Shown in pieces: positions 27,899 to 41,030 of a stretch of DNA of 64,000 nucleotides. The stretch is from Octopus sinensis. Its lineage: Eukaryota. Under the pieces are notes generated by a model that saw only the letters and a list, made by a program, of their open reading frames with translations, did not search any database and was not told where the DNA came from. The stretch spans positions 9,300,001 through 9,364,000 of the forward strand of contig NC_043010.1 of NCBI RefSeq assembly GCF_006345805.1. Direction: 5' to 3'. The position numbers were made by a program, and so were the translations under genes. Each line of letters starts with the position of its first letter. Position 1 is the first letter of the stretch.

Positions 27899-27945
<47 letters not shown>

Positions 27946-28032
27946 GTGTATGTGTACATGTTTATGTATGTGTGTGTGTACACAACTGACATATCAGTTT
28001 ACTATTATGAATACATACGCATAAGTGTGTAA

Positions 28033-28086
28033 GTGGAGGTGATAGTGGTAGTAGTGATGGTGGTGGTGGTAGTAGTGTTGGTGTTG

Positions 28087-28118
<32 letters not shown>

Positions 28119-28164
28119 AGTGGTAGTGGTGGTGGTAGTGGTGGTGGTGGTGGTAGTGTTGGTG

Positions 28165-28196
<32 letters not shown>

Positions 28197-28326
28197 GGTA
28201 GTGGTGTGGTGGTGGTAGTGGTGGTGGTGGTGGTGGTAGTGGCGGTGGTGGTGGTGGTGGTAGTGGTGGTGGTGGTAGTGGCGGTGGTGGTGGTGGTAGT
28301 GGTGGCGGTGGTGGTGTTGGTGGTGT
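28033..28326. repeat. (GGT/GTT/AGT)n tract
   Basis: Direct inspection. Confidence 0.95.
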
Positions 28327-28650
28327 AGGTTATGGAGAAAGTGTTCGTTTGACTTGTATTGTTTAGAGAGAATAATATGATTTCACTTCATTATTTTCAG
28401 CTCCATAATTCTTGATTAAGATTATTTCTTTTTCACTTTTTTAATGATTAGTTCTTGTAAAATAGTAAAACGTGTAATTTTCCCCCACACTTCTTTGTTT
28501 TTATGCAATACATGTAGCTATCTACCTATGTAAAGTATATATACATGTGTGTATGTATATATCATGTGTGTATGTATATATCATATTTAAGTATGCTTAT
28601 AAATATATATTATATATATATCATATATATACATAATTACATATATATAT

Positions 28651-28682
<32 letters not shown>

Positions 28683-28684
28683 AA

Positions 28685-28843
28685 GTTAATCCAAACAAGA
28701 AAGCACAAAAAAACACAACGCGAGGACGTGGAACAAATATAGTATTATTGGACACTCAGGAAAGAAGGAAAGAAGGAGGGTTTAACATTTCGAGCGGAGC
28801 GCTTCGTCGGAAACATAGGAGAAGGAAAGATCCAGAGAAGGGA
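28685..28843 (-). mobile_element. PLE-like family 2 copy with mutated hammerhead (28780-28814)
   Basis: Near-identical to 586-745; stem III palindrome broken by a CpG transition (aacgtt to aacatt); (TA)n flanks. Confidence 0.7.
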
Positions 28844-28852
28844 ATATATATA

Positions 28853-28859
<7 letters not shown>

Positions 28860-28888
<29 letters not shown>

Positions 28889-29303
28889 TGTATGCATGCA
28901 TGTATATATGTATCATTGCCATATCATCATCATCATCATATCATCATCATCATCATATCATCATTGTAATCATCTTCATCCTTAATTCACATCTGCTTTC
29001 CATGCTGGCATAGGTTGGATAGATCATCACTGTTCAAATAATTTCTTACTGTTCTTAATGGTAGCTGTTACCCCCAAAAGATTTATGATCGTATGTGTCA
29101 TTTGGCTTGGTTCCTACACCTGGATGCCCTTTCTATATCCAATCACTTCACAGAGTGCATTTTCTCATGTCACCAATACTAGAGAAACTGAATTCTCCTC
29201 ACAGTGCAGGACTAAATAAAGGGACTTCATAAATGTAAACACATGTATGTATGTATGTATGTATGTATGTATGTATGTATCTATCTATCTATCTATCTAT
29301 CTA

Positions 29304-29334
<31 letters not shown>

Positions 29335-29346
29335 ATATATATATAT

Positions 29347-29392
<46 letters not shown>

Positions 29393-29808
29393 TGTATGTA
29401 TGCATGCATGTATATATGTATCATTGCCATATCATCATCATCATATCATCATCATCATCATATCATCATTGTAATCATCTTCATCCTTAATTCACATCTG
29501 CTTTCCATGCTGGCATAGGTTGGATAGATCATCACTGTTCAAATAATTTCTTACTGTTCTTAATGGTAGCTGTTACCCCCAAAAGATTTATGATCGTATG
29601 TGTCATTTGGCTTGGTTCCTACACCTGGATGCCCTTTCTATATCCAATCACTTCACAGAGTGCATTTTCTCATGTCACCAATACTAGAGAAACTGAATTC
29701 TCCTCACAGTGCAGGACTAAATAAAGGGACTTCATAAATGTAAACACATGTATGTATGTATGTATGTATGTATGTATGTATGTATCTATCTATCTATCTA
29801 TCTATCTA

Positions 29809-29850
<42 letters not shown>
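28860..29850. repeat. Tandem duplication, ~505-bp unit x2
   Basis: Unique core (gtatcattgcc...aaatgtaaacac) appears identical at ~28907-29242 and ~29417-29747; only microsatellite lengths differ. Confidence 0.95.
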
Positions 29851-29852
<2 letters not shown>

Positions 29853-30006
29853 CTATTTGCACATTACTTAATCATTGTTATATGTTTTATCTTATAATTA
29901 ATCTTTGTATAATATGTAATTTTTCTAAATGGTATAATTTAACTTTTCATTATTGAATTGATAAACGGTGGTTTTTGTTTCTAATATATATATATATATA
30001 TATATC

Positions 30007-30392
30007 CTTTTATTCTTTTACTTGTTTCCATCATTTCACTGTGGCCATGCTAGAGCATTGCCTATTAGTTGAAGAAATCAACCCCAAGATTTAGTCTCTG
30101 TAAGCCTGGTACTTATACTATAGGTCTCTTTTCCTGAACCACTAAGTTACAAGAACATAAACATGCCAACATTGGTTGTCAGTGGTGGGGGGACAAACAC
30201 AGACACACAAATACATACAGATACACACACACACACATATATAGACGATGGGTTTCTTTCAGTTTCTGTCTACCAAATCCACTCACAAGATTTTGGTTGG
30301 TTTGAGGCTATAGTAGAAGACACTTGCCCAAGATGCCCCACAGTAGGACTGAACCCGAAACCATGTGGTTGGCAAACAAGCTTCTTCCCACG
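30007..30392 (-). mobile_element. SINE family A, diverged
   Basis: Reverse-complement similarity along its length. Confidence 0.8.
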
Positions 30393-31166
30393 CTGGAACA
30401 CCACATTTATACAAACAGACACACACACACACACACACACACGTGCATGTGTGCATACATATACAGACATGTATGTGTGCTTGTATATATATCCATACAT
30501 TCATGTGCACAGCACAGGCACCCATGCAAACAAATTTAGGTCAACCTTTGTTTCTGTTGGCTATTGTGTCTCAATAAAAATCTAAGAATTTCATTAAATC
30601 ATTATATTTCTGGAAAGAATTTCATAAAAGTCTAACATATTTTAGTGAATCGTGCATTTTGCAAGGTCACCCAATGTATTAGAAATAGCAGCCAAATGCG
30701 TGCCCAACTAACCACTCCTAACCATTTTAGAAAATCAAAAGTATACATCAGATAGTGTAGACCTAGATACCCTTGCAAGACAGCATGGTAACTGATAAAA
30801 TTCCTTCGATTATGGTAAAGAGATTCGGGTTCAAGTCCCAGCCTTTCACAGATTTTACTTGCCTTTGTATAAGTACTACAGTTTGCTTTCTGTATGTATG
30901 TCAGTAAATTTCGCTTGGCTTTAAAATATGAACACAATTGTCATTCAATCATAGATTAACAAACAATAAACTGTATTTGATTTAATTCGTTATTAATTAT
31001 TTAATTACTAATCTCCCAAATCTCTGATGCCAATTTAGTATTTAAAATACATCACATTTGTATTATATTTATTATTTTCTTTTTCATTTTTAAGTTCTCC
31101 ATTATATTTCATTTTTAGCCTGGGAACATTGCTGATCATTGTTAACTGATTAAATAAAATTTCACG

Positions 31167-31211
31167 TTGATGTTGATGATGATGTCAATGATGATGATGA
31201 CGATGACGATT

Positions 31212-31256
<45 letters not shown>

Positions 31257-31375
31257 GCAATGATGATGATGATGATGATGATGATGAAGAGGGCAATGAT
31301 GATGATGACAATGATGACAATGATGAAGATGATGTTGATGATGCTGACAACGATGACAATGACAATAACAACGAT
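31167..31375. repeat. (GAT)n tract
   Basis: Direct inspection. Confidence 0.95.
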
Positions 31376-31917
31376 GAAGTGGTGGTGGTGTGGGGGTAAT
31401 GGTGTTAGTGAAGGCTGTGGGCGATTCAGAAGTAGAGACGGTCATCTTAGTGGTCAAGACCATGGTGATGGTGGTAGTAGTAGTGGAAGCTGTGATGATG
31501 GAGGTCTTCGTAACGATGGTGGTGATAGTGGTCAAAGTGTCATTAATTATTGTTGTAGCAGCAGGGGTTGTCTCAGTGAAGGGGGGGGGGTCTAAATGTT
31601 GATGGTAGTGGTAGAGATGGTTGAAATGGTGATGATGGCAACAATGAAGATAGTTATGGAATGATGACCAAATCTCATTATATGAAATACCCTTTTTTTT
31701 ATATATATTCCTTGCATCTTATATGGACTAACAGACAGATGAATGGCCAACAGCTACAAGCAAGAGGTAGCAGCATCCTCATGTACATCAAACACAGATG
31801 AAACATTTACACCAGGGGTATCAGTTAAAGACGTTATAGATGCAGAATGCCAATAGCTTTTACCATAAGAACATTCAAGGAAAAAATGTCTTGTGGTTAG
31901 GGTTAGGGCTAGGGTTA

Positions 31918-31970
31918 AGTAGTAGGAGTAGTATCAATAACAACACCAATAGCAGTAGTAGTAGTAGTAA

Positions 31971-32003
<33 letters not shown>

Positions 32004-32290
32004 TAGTAGTAGCAGCAGCAGTAGCAGGAACAACAACATCAGTAGTAATGGTAGTAGTGGTAGTTGTAGTAGTAGAAGTAGAAATAGTAGTAGTAGGAGG
32101 AGGAGCGTAGTAATAGTAGTAGTAGTAGTAGTAGTAGTGGTGTTGGTAGTAGTAGTAGTAGTGCTGTTGGTAGTTGTAGTAGTTGTAGTAGTAGCTGCAG
32201 CAGAAATAGCAGCAACAACAGCAGTAGTAATAGTAGTAGTAGTTGTAGTAGTAGTAGTAGTAGGAGGAGGAGGAGGAGGAGGAGGAGGAA
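31918..32290. repeat. (AGT/AGC/GGA)n low-complexity tract
   Basis: Direct inspection. Confidence 0.9.
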
Positions 32291-32621
32291 TGGATTTAAA
32301 ATTTTGGCACAAGGTCAACAATATCAGGAGAGAGGGTAACTTGATTACATCACCCCCCAGTATTCAACTCATACTTATTTTACCAATCCCCGAAGGATGA
32401 AGAGCAAAAATTTACCTTAGCAGAATTTGAACTCGAGGTGTTAAGATGAATGAGATTCTGCTAAGCACTTTATCTTGCATGCTAACAATTCAGTCAGCTC
32501 ACCACTGCCTTAATAAGGACATTAGTAATGATGGACTCTGCCACCAAAGACAACATATGAATGTTCAGCATTTTTGCCAAATGTCCTGCACAAATAATTT
32601 GTTTATAGTGATCAAAAAAGT

Positions 32622-32955
32622 GAAGGTGCATGGCTCAGTGGTTAGAGCATCGAGCTTACGATCGTGAGGTTGTAAGTTCGAATCCTGGACCGGGTTACGT
32701 GTTGTGTTCTTCAGCAAGACACTTTACTTTACGTTGCTCCAGTTCACTCAGCTGTAGAAATGAGTTGCAACATCACAGGTGCCAAGCTGTATCGGCCCCT
32801 TTGCCTTTCCTTTGGATAACACTGGTGGCATGGAGTGGGGAGGCCGGTATGCATGGGCGACTGCTGGTCTTCCATAAACAACCTTACCCAGACTTGTGCC
32901 TGGGAAGGTAAATTTCTAGGTGCAATCCCATGGTCAGTCATGACCAAAGGGGGTC
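32622..32955 (+). mobile_element. tRNA-derived SINE family E
   Basis: tggctcagtggttagagc (A box), agttcgaatcc (B box), then cagcaagacacttt...ccagttcactcagctgt core. Confidence 0.75.
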
Positions 32956-33449
32956 GCAGTAGGAATCAAATGTTTGTGACACATATCAGCTCTCTCACTC
33001 CATCAAACTGACGTTGTGTGAACAGGTACCACGTGTTAGGTGTCAAAGTGAACACAGAGCAGTGTGAGATGAAGTGTCTTGCTCAAGAACATAATGCACC
33101 ACCTGGTCTAGGAATTGAAACGATGATCACATGCTCATGTGTGCAACACCATGAAAGGCAAAGTTGCCCTTCAACTAAGAACATGCAGACGGATGAAATG
33201 CTACTGGCATGTTAACGATTCTGTCAGCTCACTGCCTTAATAATAATAATGGTTTCAAATTTTGCCACAAGAGTATTAATTTTGAGGGGAGGAGATGAGT
33301 TGATTACTTCAACCCCAGTGTTCAACTGGTAATTATTTTATCGACCCCAAAAGGCTGAATGGTAAAGTCGACTTCAGCAGAATTTGAACTCGGAATATAA
33401 AGATGAATGAAATGCCACTAAGTATTTGTCCCCACATGCTAATGAACAG

Positions 33450-34597
33450 ATGTTAAAGCAGGTTCTGAAGCATCAAAATACCAAAATGTTGCACTCATTG
33501 ATGAAAAAAAAACACAGATTCTGAGAAATCCAACTAGATGCACCAGTACCTGAAGAAAACGTGTCTCCAACTGACAAGCCATAACAAATTAAAGCCATAG
33601 TAAAACAAACCAGCCTCCAATACATTAAGGAGAAGAAATGGCAGCAAAAACCTACTATATGGCAAATGCTGTTTGGAGTCAGGGACCTTCATGTAGATCA
33701 AATCAGCCTTACTCATCAGTTCATCAGTGGTTGGTATGCTCTGGTCACAAACCAGAAGCCGAGAGGTATATCATTGCTGCTTTGGACCAGTCTCTTCCAT
33801 TTGGGAATTATCAGAGTGATGTCTTGAAACATGGAAGCAGCTGACCATGCTGCATATGCAGAGAACATCCAGAGACAACTGACCACATAATCTCTGGATA
33901 CAGCAGACTGGAACCAACAGAAAACTTGCAATGGCATGACAGGGCAGCTCAGTACATGCAATGGTCAATATGCCACACATATTGCCTACCTCACAAAATT
34001 TAGTTGGTGGGAACACAAGCCATCACAAGTTGCCCAGAATGCCAAAGTTACCATCCTTTGAAATTTCAATGTTCAGACTGATTGGGCAACACCAGGAATC
34101 AACCAGATCTCATTGTGAAAAATCATATTGGAAAGACTTGATGTTGCAGTCCCAGCTGAAAAAAAATTCATCTCCAAAGACGTTTGAAAAACTGAGCAAA
34201 TATAAGGACCTGGGGACTGAAATTAGAAGAATATGGCATCGTAAAATAAAAATAACTTTTAATAGATTATTATTGGGGCATTTAGAATGATGTCAAGGAG
34301 TAAACAGATATGTAGGTCAAATTCTTGGTAACCCAGGAATAATTGAATTATAAAAGATTATTCTTATGGATCCTCACATATTGAACATAAATACCTCTCC
34401 ATATAAAAGCAACCTTACTCTCTCCCTATTTTCCTTTCTTCTACAGCCATCAATGTTTCCAATTGCATTGTACCTCAGTTAATTAGCATCTTTAGGTGCA
34501 AAACCTTGTTGTCACTTGATGTCTCTGGCTGAGAGTTGGACGTAATTAAATTTAGATTAAAGCAAAAGCAAAATGTTATAAATATTGGTATTATATA

Positions 34598-34676
<79 letters not shown>
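33450..34676 (+). pseudogene. Decayed 3' part of an RLE-endonuclease non-LTR retrotransposon (R4/Dong-like), with 3' UTR and (TAA)n end
   Basis: Frameshifted motifs QWL..G.KPEAE.YIIAALDQSL, remnants of a zinc knuckle, PDL, DVAVP and EKLSKYKDL.TEI.R.W; long (TAA)n at ~34606-34676. Confidence 0.8.
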
Positions 34677-34741
34677 GGGAGTATAACTCCAAACTGACAG
34701 GGAAAAATTCAATCTAGTATTAAATCAAATTTCACAATATA

Positions 34742-35530
34742 AATATATATAATACAAATTAGAGATAAAACCACTATTATGCAATTCAAACAATGATAGA
34801 CATAAACCAAAACAAAAATAGCAAATAAAATATATTTTTATAAAACATATAACTAGATCACAAAAAGTATAAAAATGAATGATCAATATATAATAAGTAA
34901 TAAGTAATATATAATAAGTATTATATATTGATTATTCATTTTTATACTTTTTGTGATCTAGTTAAATCATCATCATCATCATCATCGTCGTTTAACGTCC
35001 GTTCTCCATGCTAGCATGGGTTGGACGGTTCGACCGGGGTTCTGGGAAGCCAGAAGGCTGCACCAGGCTCCAGTCTAATTTGGCAATGTTTCTACAGCTG
35101 GATGCCCTTCCTAACGCCAACCACTCCGTGAGTGTAGTGGGTGCTTTTTACGTGCCACCTGCACAGGTGCCAGGCGGGGCTGGCAACGGCCACGGTCAGA
35201 TTGGTGTATTTTATGTGCCACCGGCACGGAAGCCAGTCGAGGCGGTGCTGCATCGGCCACGAGTCGGATAGTGCTTTTTACGTACCACCAGACCAGGATC
35301 CTGGCTGGTTCAATTCGATTTCGATTTCGCTTGCCCCAACTGTCTTCACAAGCAAAGGGGTTTGGCAAGGGGCCTGTCGTACGGTCGCATTGGAGTATTT
35401 TACGTGCCACGGCCACGAGTCGGATGTTTTATAAAAATATATTTTATTTGTTATTTATGTTTTGGTTTATGTCGATCATTGTTTGAATTGCATAATAGTG
35501 GTTTTATCTCTAATTTATATTTTATATTTT
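34742..35530. mobile_element. AT-rich fold-back palindrome (~150-bp arms) interrupted by a family C insertion
   Basis: ~34750-34893 is the reverse complement of 34920-34964 plus 35424-35520; arm shares aaattagagataaaaccactatta..tcaaacaatga with the hammerhead element at 62130. Confidence 0.75.
34966..35423 (-). mobile_element. RTE-tail repeat family C
   Basis: (CAT)n tail plus conserved body and internal tttacgtgccac repeats. Confidence 0.85.
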
Positions 35531-35929
35531 ATATATATATATTTGCAAATGATTTGTTTATAGTAATTGAACGTTTATGCTCTACATTAGCTTACTCTCT
35601 CCATCAAGTTGACGTTGACTGAATAGGTGCGCATGGTGTACCACATGTCAGGTGTAAAAGTCATCACAGCCCAACGTAAAATGAAGTGCTTTGCTCAAGA
35701 ACATTATGCATCACCTTGTCTAAGGATTGAAACCACGATCTCACGATCATGAGAGCAACACCCTAAACACTAGGCCATGCACCCTCACACACACACACAT
35801 GAGATCCAGAGATTTTTGGTATGGAAAACAATTAGTAGCACTCAAATAATTTGAACTTAGACTCTGATGTCTTTATGAGAGACCAATTTAGACTAGACTC
35901 TGATGTCTTTATGAAGGACCAATTCCACA

Positions 35930-35960
<31 letters not shown>

Positions 35961-35973
<13 letters not shown>

Positions 35974-36177
35974 CAATTATGCAGATAAACAAATTAAATA
36001 TAACACCTTGGGTATGATGTACACTATATATATATTATATATATTATATATATATATATATATATACACACAGACATACACCACACACACACATATATAT
36101 ATATTATATGTATAGTGTATATCATACCCAAGTGTTATATTTAATTTGTTTATCTGCATAATTGCCTCTCTCTCTCT
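35961..36177. repeat. Inverted repeat (~70-bp arms) around a microsatellite spacer
   Basis: aggcaattatgcagataaac..tacactata vs tatagtgta..gtttatctgcataattgcct. Confidence 0.85.
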
Positions 36178-36190
36178 ATTTATATATATA

Positions 36191-36229
<39 letters not shown>

Positions 36230-36238
<9 letters not shown>

Positions 36239-36525
36239 ATTGGTGAATTGAAGAAATGGAGCTGAACGCAGATTGAACAGAAATCGTTTTATTTCATTCT
36301 ACACGTGTAGAAGAAATAAAACGATTTCTGTTAATCTGCGTTCAGCTCCATTTCTTCAATTCACCAATAATGTTTTAATTTCAATTATCCGCACCAACAC
36401 ACGGTTGCAACGCAGATGGTTGTACCTCCAACCGTGCTGTTTACTGCTGTGATTTTTGCTACTAAGGTATCGGTTAAACTTTTGATTAATCTATACAAGA
36501 TTATCATCTTTCTATTTCACATAAT
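36230..36525 (+). mobile_element. Fold-back element: ~148-bp palindrome 36230-36377 centred on CACGTG plus tail
   Basis: Arms match apart from small indels; centre ctacacgtgtag resembles hammerhead stem III plus UA site, followed by AATAAA; (TA)n flanks. Confidence 0.7.
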
Positions 36526-36826
36526 AATATATATATATATATTATCTATATTATATATATATATATATATATAATATATATTTGTAAATAGTGAGAGATT
36601 ACTCCAAATATTTACCAGTTGCTCTCAGGTCATCCACAGTTAATATATAAATCCAATAATATTCTCATAAGATAAGAATTGAGAGATATATTCTGTTGGA
36701 TAATTCTGAATATATTACCTCCACTATATAGGTTTCCTGGAGCATATAATATCAACAATAATGATAATAAGGATTACTATGAGTAGCATAGCATTACCTT
36801 TATTTCTTTATATATTTTATATATAT

Positions 36827-36867
<41 letters not shown>

Positions 36868-36875
36868 CTTTACAT

Positions 36876-36960
36876 AGACCAACACATGTTTCAACTCCAC
36901 CAATTAGTAAACGTTGCAACTACAACCCATTATAATACCAGTGCAGTTTCTTCAGAGTCT
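36876..36960 (-). ncRNA. Hammerhead motif with long stem II
   Basis: Minus strand agact-CTGAAGA-aactgcact...ggtggagtt-GAAA-catgtg-TT-ggtct; the inverted arm at 37294-37310 reads GAAA-catatg-TA-ggtct. Confidence 0.7.
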
Positions 36961-37033
36961 TTACTTAATATCCATTGATTTTGAAATATGTCACACAAGA
37001 ATTTAGCAGAGCCACCTCTACTTGAATAGTTAT

Positions 37034-37078
37034 TCTGTGCTGATGAAGAGAAATAACCCAGAAATTGCAATACACAGA
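37034..37078 (+). ncRNA. Hammerhead motif (stem II decayed)
   Basis: tctgtg-CTGATGA-agagaaataaccca-GAAA-ttgcaa-TA-cacaga; downstream tail (to ~37240) resembles that of the 63028 element. Confidence 0.7.
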
Positions 37079-37590
37079 TCTTGTTTTGTGCTGAGTGGGG
37101 ATGCTAAACTCCTTTGTTTTAAAATATAAGGAGACAGTGTGTTGTATAGCCAGCTGGAGACGATGTTTCCTGAGGCTAAATAACAATAACATTCGTCCTA
37201 AATCAGAACTGCCATGTTATGTTGGCAAATAATCTTTACTCTAACTGATTAAAGTTTTTCCTTTATCTACTCTGCATTCTATGATGTAGAATTGAAACAT
37301 ATGTAGGTCTATGTAAAGAATTAAAGGTAATGCTATGCCACTTTGTAATAATCCTTATTATTATTATTGTTGTTGATATATACGTGCGGGTATGCACGTA
37401 TATAGGCATGTGTGTGTGCATGCATACGGGCATGTGCGTATATAGATGTGGTTTACTCTTTGCTTATTTTTATTCTCCCTTACACATTTTTTCTGTATTG
37501 TTACCCTTAGCCTTGTTTTTTCTTGTGCTTGTGCATATATAGACGTGTGTATGAACTTTTTTGGTGTGCGTCAGATTGTATATATATATA

Positions 37591-37631
<41 letters not shown>

Positions 37632-37887
37632 GCGAATGGTGCTGGTGAGAATGTGCATGTTTCAAGTGAGGGTGGATGCGTGTATAATTTTAGGTGCATG
37701 TACATGGGTGTGCGGGTGCACATGTGTAGATATAGACATTCACGCTTACGCGAATACTATGAGCTTTTTTACCCCCTTACTTTTACTCTCTCCCCTCACT
37801 TAGCGGTCATTCAAATAGCTCTTTTGTCTTAATAACAGTCAATCACACAGTAATTTCCCTTTGTATAACGGTCATTTTTCATAGCAT

Positions 37888-37984
37888 TTTTTCCGATGGC
37901 CAGATAACTGAAGAGATGGCGGTGTGGATTTCCACCTCAGCATTTCATCATGGCTACCGAATAATTGTCACATATTACTTCTTC

Positions 37985-37988
<4 letters not shown>
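37888..37988 (+). mobile_element. PLE-like family 3 copy with the 3' half of the hammerhead deleted
   Basis: gatggccagataaCTGAAGAgatggcgg..cctcagcat joined directly to tggctaccgaataattgtcacatattac. Confidence 0.65.
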
Positions 37989-38026
<38 letters not shown>

Positions 38027-38297
38027 CATCATGATCATCATCATCATCGTTTAACGTCTGCTTTCCATGCTGGCATGGGTTGGACGATTTGACTGAGGAC
38101 TGGCAAACCAGATGACTGCACTAGGTTCCAATCTGATCTGGCAGAGTTTCTACAGCTGGATACCCTTCCTAACGCCAACCACTCCGCGAGTGTAGTGGGT
38201 GCTTTTACGTGCTACCTGCACAGGAGCCAGTCCAGCGGCACTGGCAATGATCTCACTTGAATGTTTTTTACGTGCCACCAGCCCAAGTGCTAGTAAA
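38027..38297 (-). mobile_element. RTE-tail repeat family C
   Basis: Similarity to the 34966 copy. Confidence 0.8.
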
Positions 38298-38728
38298 GTG
38301 ATTCTTAGCCTGTGTGTTCAAGTGGATTTCTATCGTTCTCACTGCTTACCTCTTTATATATATAGATATATATATATATTATATATATATATATATACAT
38401 AATATACATACATTAAATACATACATATATACATATATTATAATAATAGATCTCCATGTGCATGTGTGTGTGTGTGTTTGTGTCTGTGTCTATGCTTGTC
38501 ACCCCCATCACCACTTGACAACCGGTGTAGGTGTGTTTATGTCCCCGTAACCAAGTAGTTCAGCAAAAGAGTCTGACAGAATAATAACTAGGCTTAAAAA
38601 ATAAGTCCTGAGGTCAATTTGTTCAACTAAAACCCCTCGAGACAGTGCTCCAGCATGACTACATTCTTGTTGACCGAAACTAGGAAAAAGAATGAGAAAA
38701 TCAACGATTAGCATAATTACATGAAGGC

Positions 38729-39046
38729 TGTGGAGGTGCAATGGCCTAGTGGTTAGGGCAGCGGACTCACGGTCGTAGGATCGCGGTTTCGATTCCCAGA
38801 CCGGGCGTTGTGAGTGTTTATTGAGCGAAAACACCTAAAAGCTCCACGAGGCTCCGGCAGGGGGTGGTGATCCTTGCTGTACTCTTTCACCACAAATTTC
38901 TCTCCCACTTTCTTCTGTTGGCCTGCTCGCTTAGCCTGCGGGTGGGGTGGTATCATTCGAAGGCTAAAACAATGCGAACGCATTGTGACCAGCGAAGTGT
39001 AGCAACATCTGATGGTCTGGTCGGTCACATAATGATGATGATGATG
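38729..39046 (+). mobile_element. tRNA-derived SINE family D, (GAT)n tail, 10-bp TSD
   Basis: A box tggcctagtgg, B box gtttcgattcc; TSD acatgaaggc at 38719-38728 and 39047-39056. Confidence 0.85.
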
Positions 39047-39435
39047 ACATGAAGGCCATGTTTGAATCCATATACAAAAGACCAGTAGATGATCATTTTA
39101 ATTAGTTAACACATTTATATAAATGCCTTGCTTTTTATTTCTTTATTTTGATATATTGATAAAAAAAAAAAAGCATGTAATATAAAGTATCCGTTTCGTT
39201 ATTGAAACTATTCAGCAGTATGTTGAATTGAGCTTCCTTGTGAGAGAAATTAAGATCAAAGATAAAATATCAAAACAGTTGATATTTAGAGTCAAGGTCA
39301 ATAGTGTTTTATTAGGCTACTGATTGGGAGATATTGATCTGTTTTTATTTTCAAATATGAAGATTCACTTTCTTAGTTCATATATATGTATTTATGTGTA
39401 TATATGTGTATGTATATATATATATATATATATCT

Positions 39436-39484
<49 letters not shown>

Positions 39485-40312
39485 ATATATATATACATGT
39501 ATATATATATTATATGTATATCATATATATATATATATATGTATATAATGTATATATATATATATAAATGTATATATATATATACACACACATATGTATA
39601 CATACACATGCATATTATATACATATATAGTTGTTTTACTTGTATCAGTTATTGTACTAAAGCTTTAGTCAAATGAATCCCCCATCCCCACCCCACCCTG
39701 CTGCCACCAGTACTTACCCTTAAAGTCTGGTACTTGTTCTATTGGTCTGTTTTACTGAATCACCAAGTTACAAGGATGTAAACAAAAGCAGCTGTCAAGT
39801 GGTGGTGGTGGTGGTGGTAATGATGGTAGTGGTAGTGGTGTTGGTGGTGGTAGTGGTGGTCGTGGTGGTAGTGGTGGTCATGGTGGTTGTGGTGGTCGTG
39901 GTGGAGAGCCAAACACGAACACAGAGACATACACACACATGCATGCACACACATATATTATAGGATGGGCTTCCACACAGTTTCCGTTGCCAAATACTGG
40001 TAAGTAATATAGTAGATGCATAGGAATAGCTAGCTGAAAGAGCAGCCGTGAAATAAATTCTTCAAGTGTCTATAAGGTACCTTTGAAGAAGTTGATACTT
40101 TCTGTGAAACCGGGGCATGTAATTTAGCTTTGAGCAGCATCTCACAAAAGTATAGGCACCGGGGTAAAAATGGGCTGGAAAATCTTCAGTAGCTATATCA
40201 AGAAAGGGATTTTCTCTTCGAGTAAAGAGCAGCTTGAGGTATGTACAGTAATCTCTCGCCATATAATGGTTCACCTATTGCGATTCACCTATCATAGTAT
40301 ATTTTTTTTAAT

Positions 40313-40545
40313 TCTTTTATTCTTTTACTTGTTTCAGTCATTTGACTGCGGCCATCCTGGAGCACTGCCTTTAATCGAGCAAATCGACCCCGGGACTTAT
40401 CCTTTGTAAGCCCAGTACTTATTCTATCAGTCTCTTTTGCCGAACCGCTAAGTGACGGGGACGTAAACACACCAGCATCGGTTGTCAAGCAATGCTAGGG
40501 GGACAATCACAGACACACATACACACACACACAAATATATATATA

Positions 40546-40596
<51 letters not shown>

Positions 40597-40756
40597 TACG
40601 ACAGGCTTCTTTCAGTTTCCGTTTACCAAATCCACTCACAAGGTATTGGTCGGCCCAGGGCTATAGCAGAAGACACTTGCCTAAGATGCCATGCAGTGGG
40701 ACTGAACCCGGAACCATGTGGTTGGTTAGCAAGCTACTTACCACACAGCCACTCCT
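40313..40756 (-). mobile_element. SINE family A
   Basis: High similarity to the 15434 copy (reverse). Confidence 0.9.
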
Positions 40757-41030
40757 TTATTTAAGTTTACATCGACTCCTCCATGGTGTTGTTTTGCATT
40801 TATGATAAAATAAATATATACAAATTTCATAGATTCTTGCTCAATGGGAGCACCTGAAAGTGATCCCATCTCAATTCAAGTAGATTATAAAGATCATTTT
40901 CTATCTCACCTTCAAACTCTTTCTCTCTCTCTCTCTCTCTCTCTCTTCATAAGACTTGAGAGATAGACAGGTTAAATAACATAGGTATTGACCCACTGTC
41001 TAGAGAAACTGACCACGGTGATTATTAGCG

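Larger units (their letters stand above)
36749..37379. mobile_element. Fold-back PLE-like element with a second hammerhead element nested between the arms
   Basis: 36749-36894 (split by (TA)n) is the inverse of 37292-37379. Confidence 0.65.

Noticed and set aside
31897-31917. TTAGGG telomere-like repeats
   Set aside because: Only about 3 units inside a low-complexity tract; not significant.
32622-32695. tRNA-like sequences here and at 38731 and 54197
   Set aside because: They are SINE heads continuing into SINE bodies with tails or TSDs, not tRNA genes.
36722-36760. Minus-strand GAAA-cctata-TA resembling a hammerhead 3' half
   Set aside because: Stem III is not palindromic and there is no acceptable core or stem I.
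40062-40290. Non-repetitive ORFs and a GAG|GTATGT donor-like site
   Set aside because: No recognisable homology or clear acceptor; the following tacagtaatctctcg looks like a decayed DNA-transposon end.
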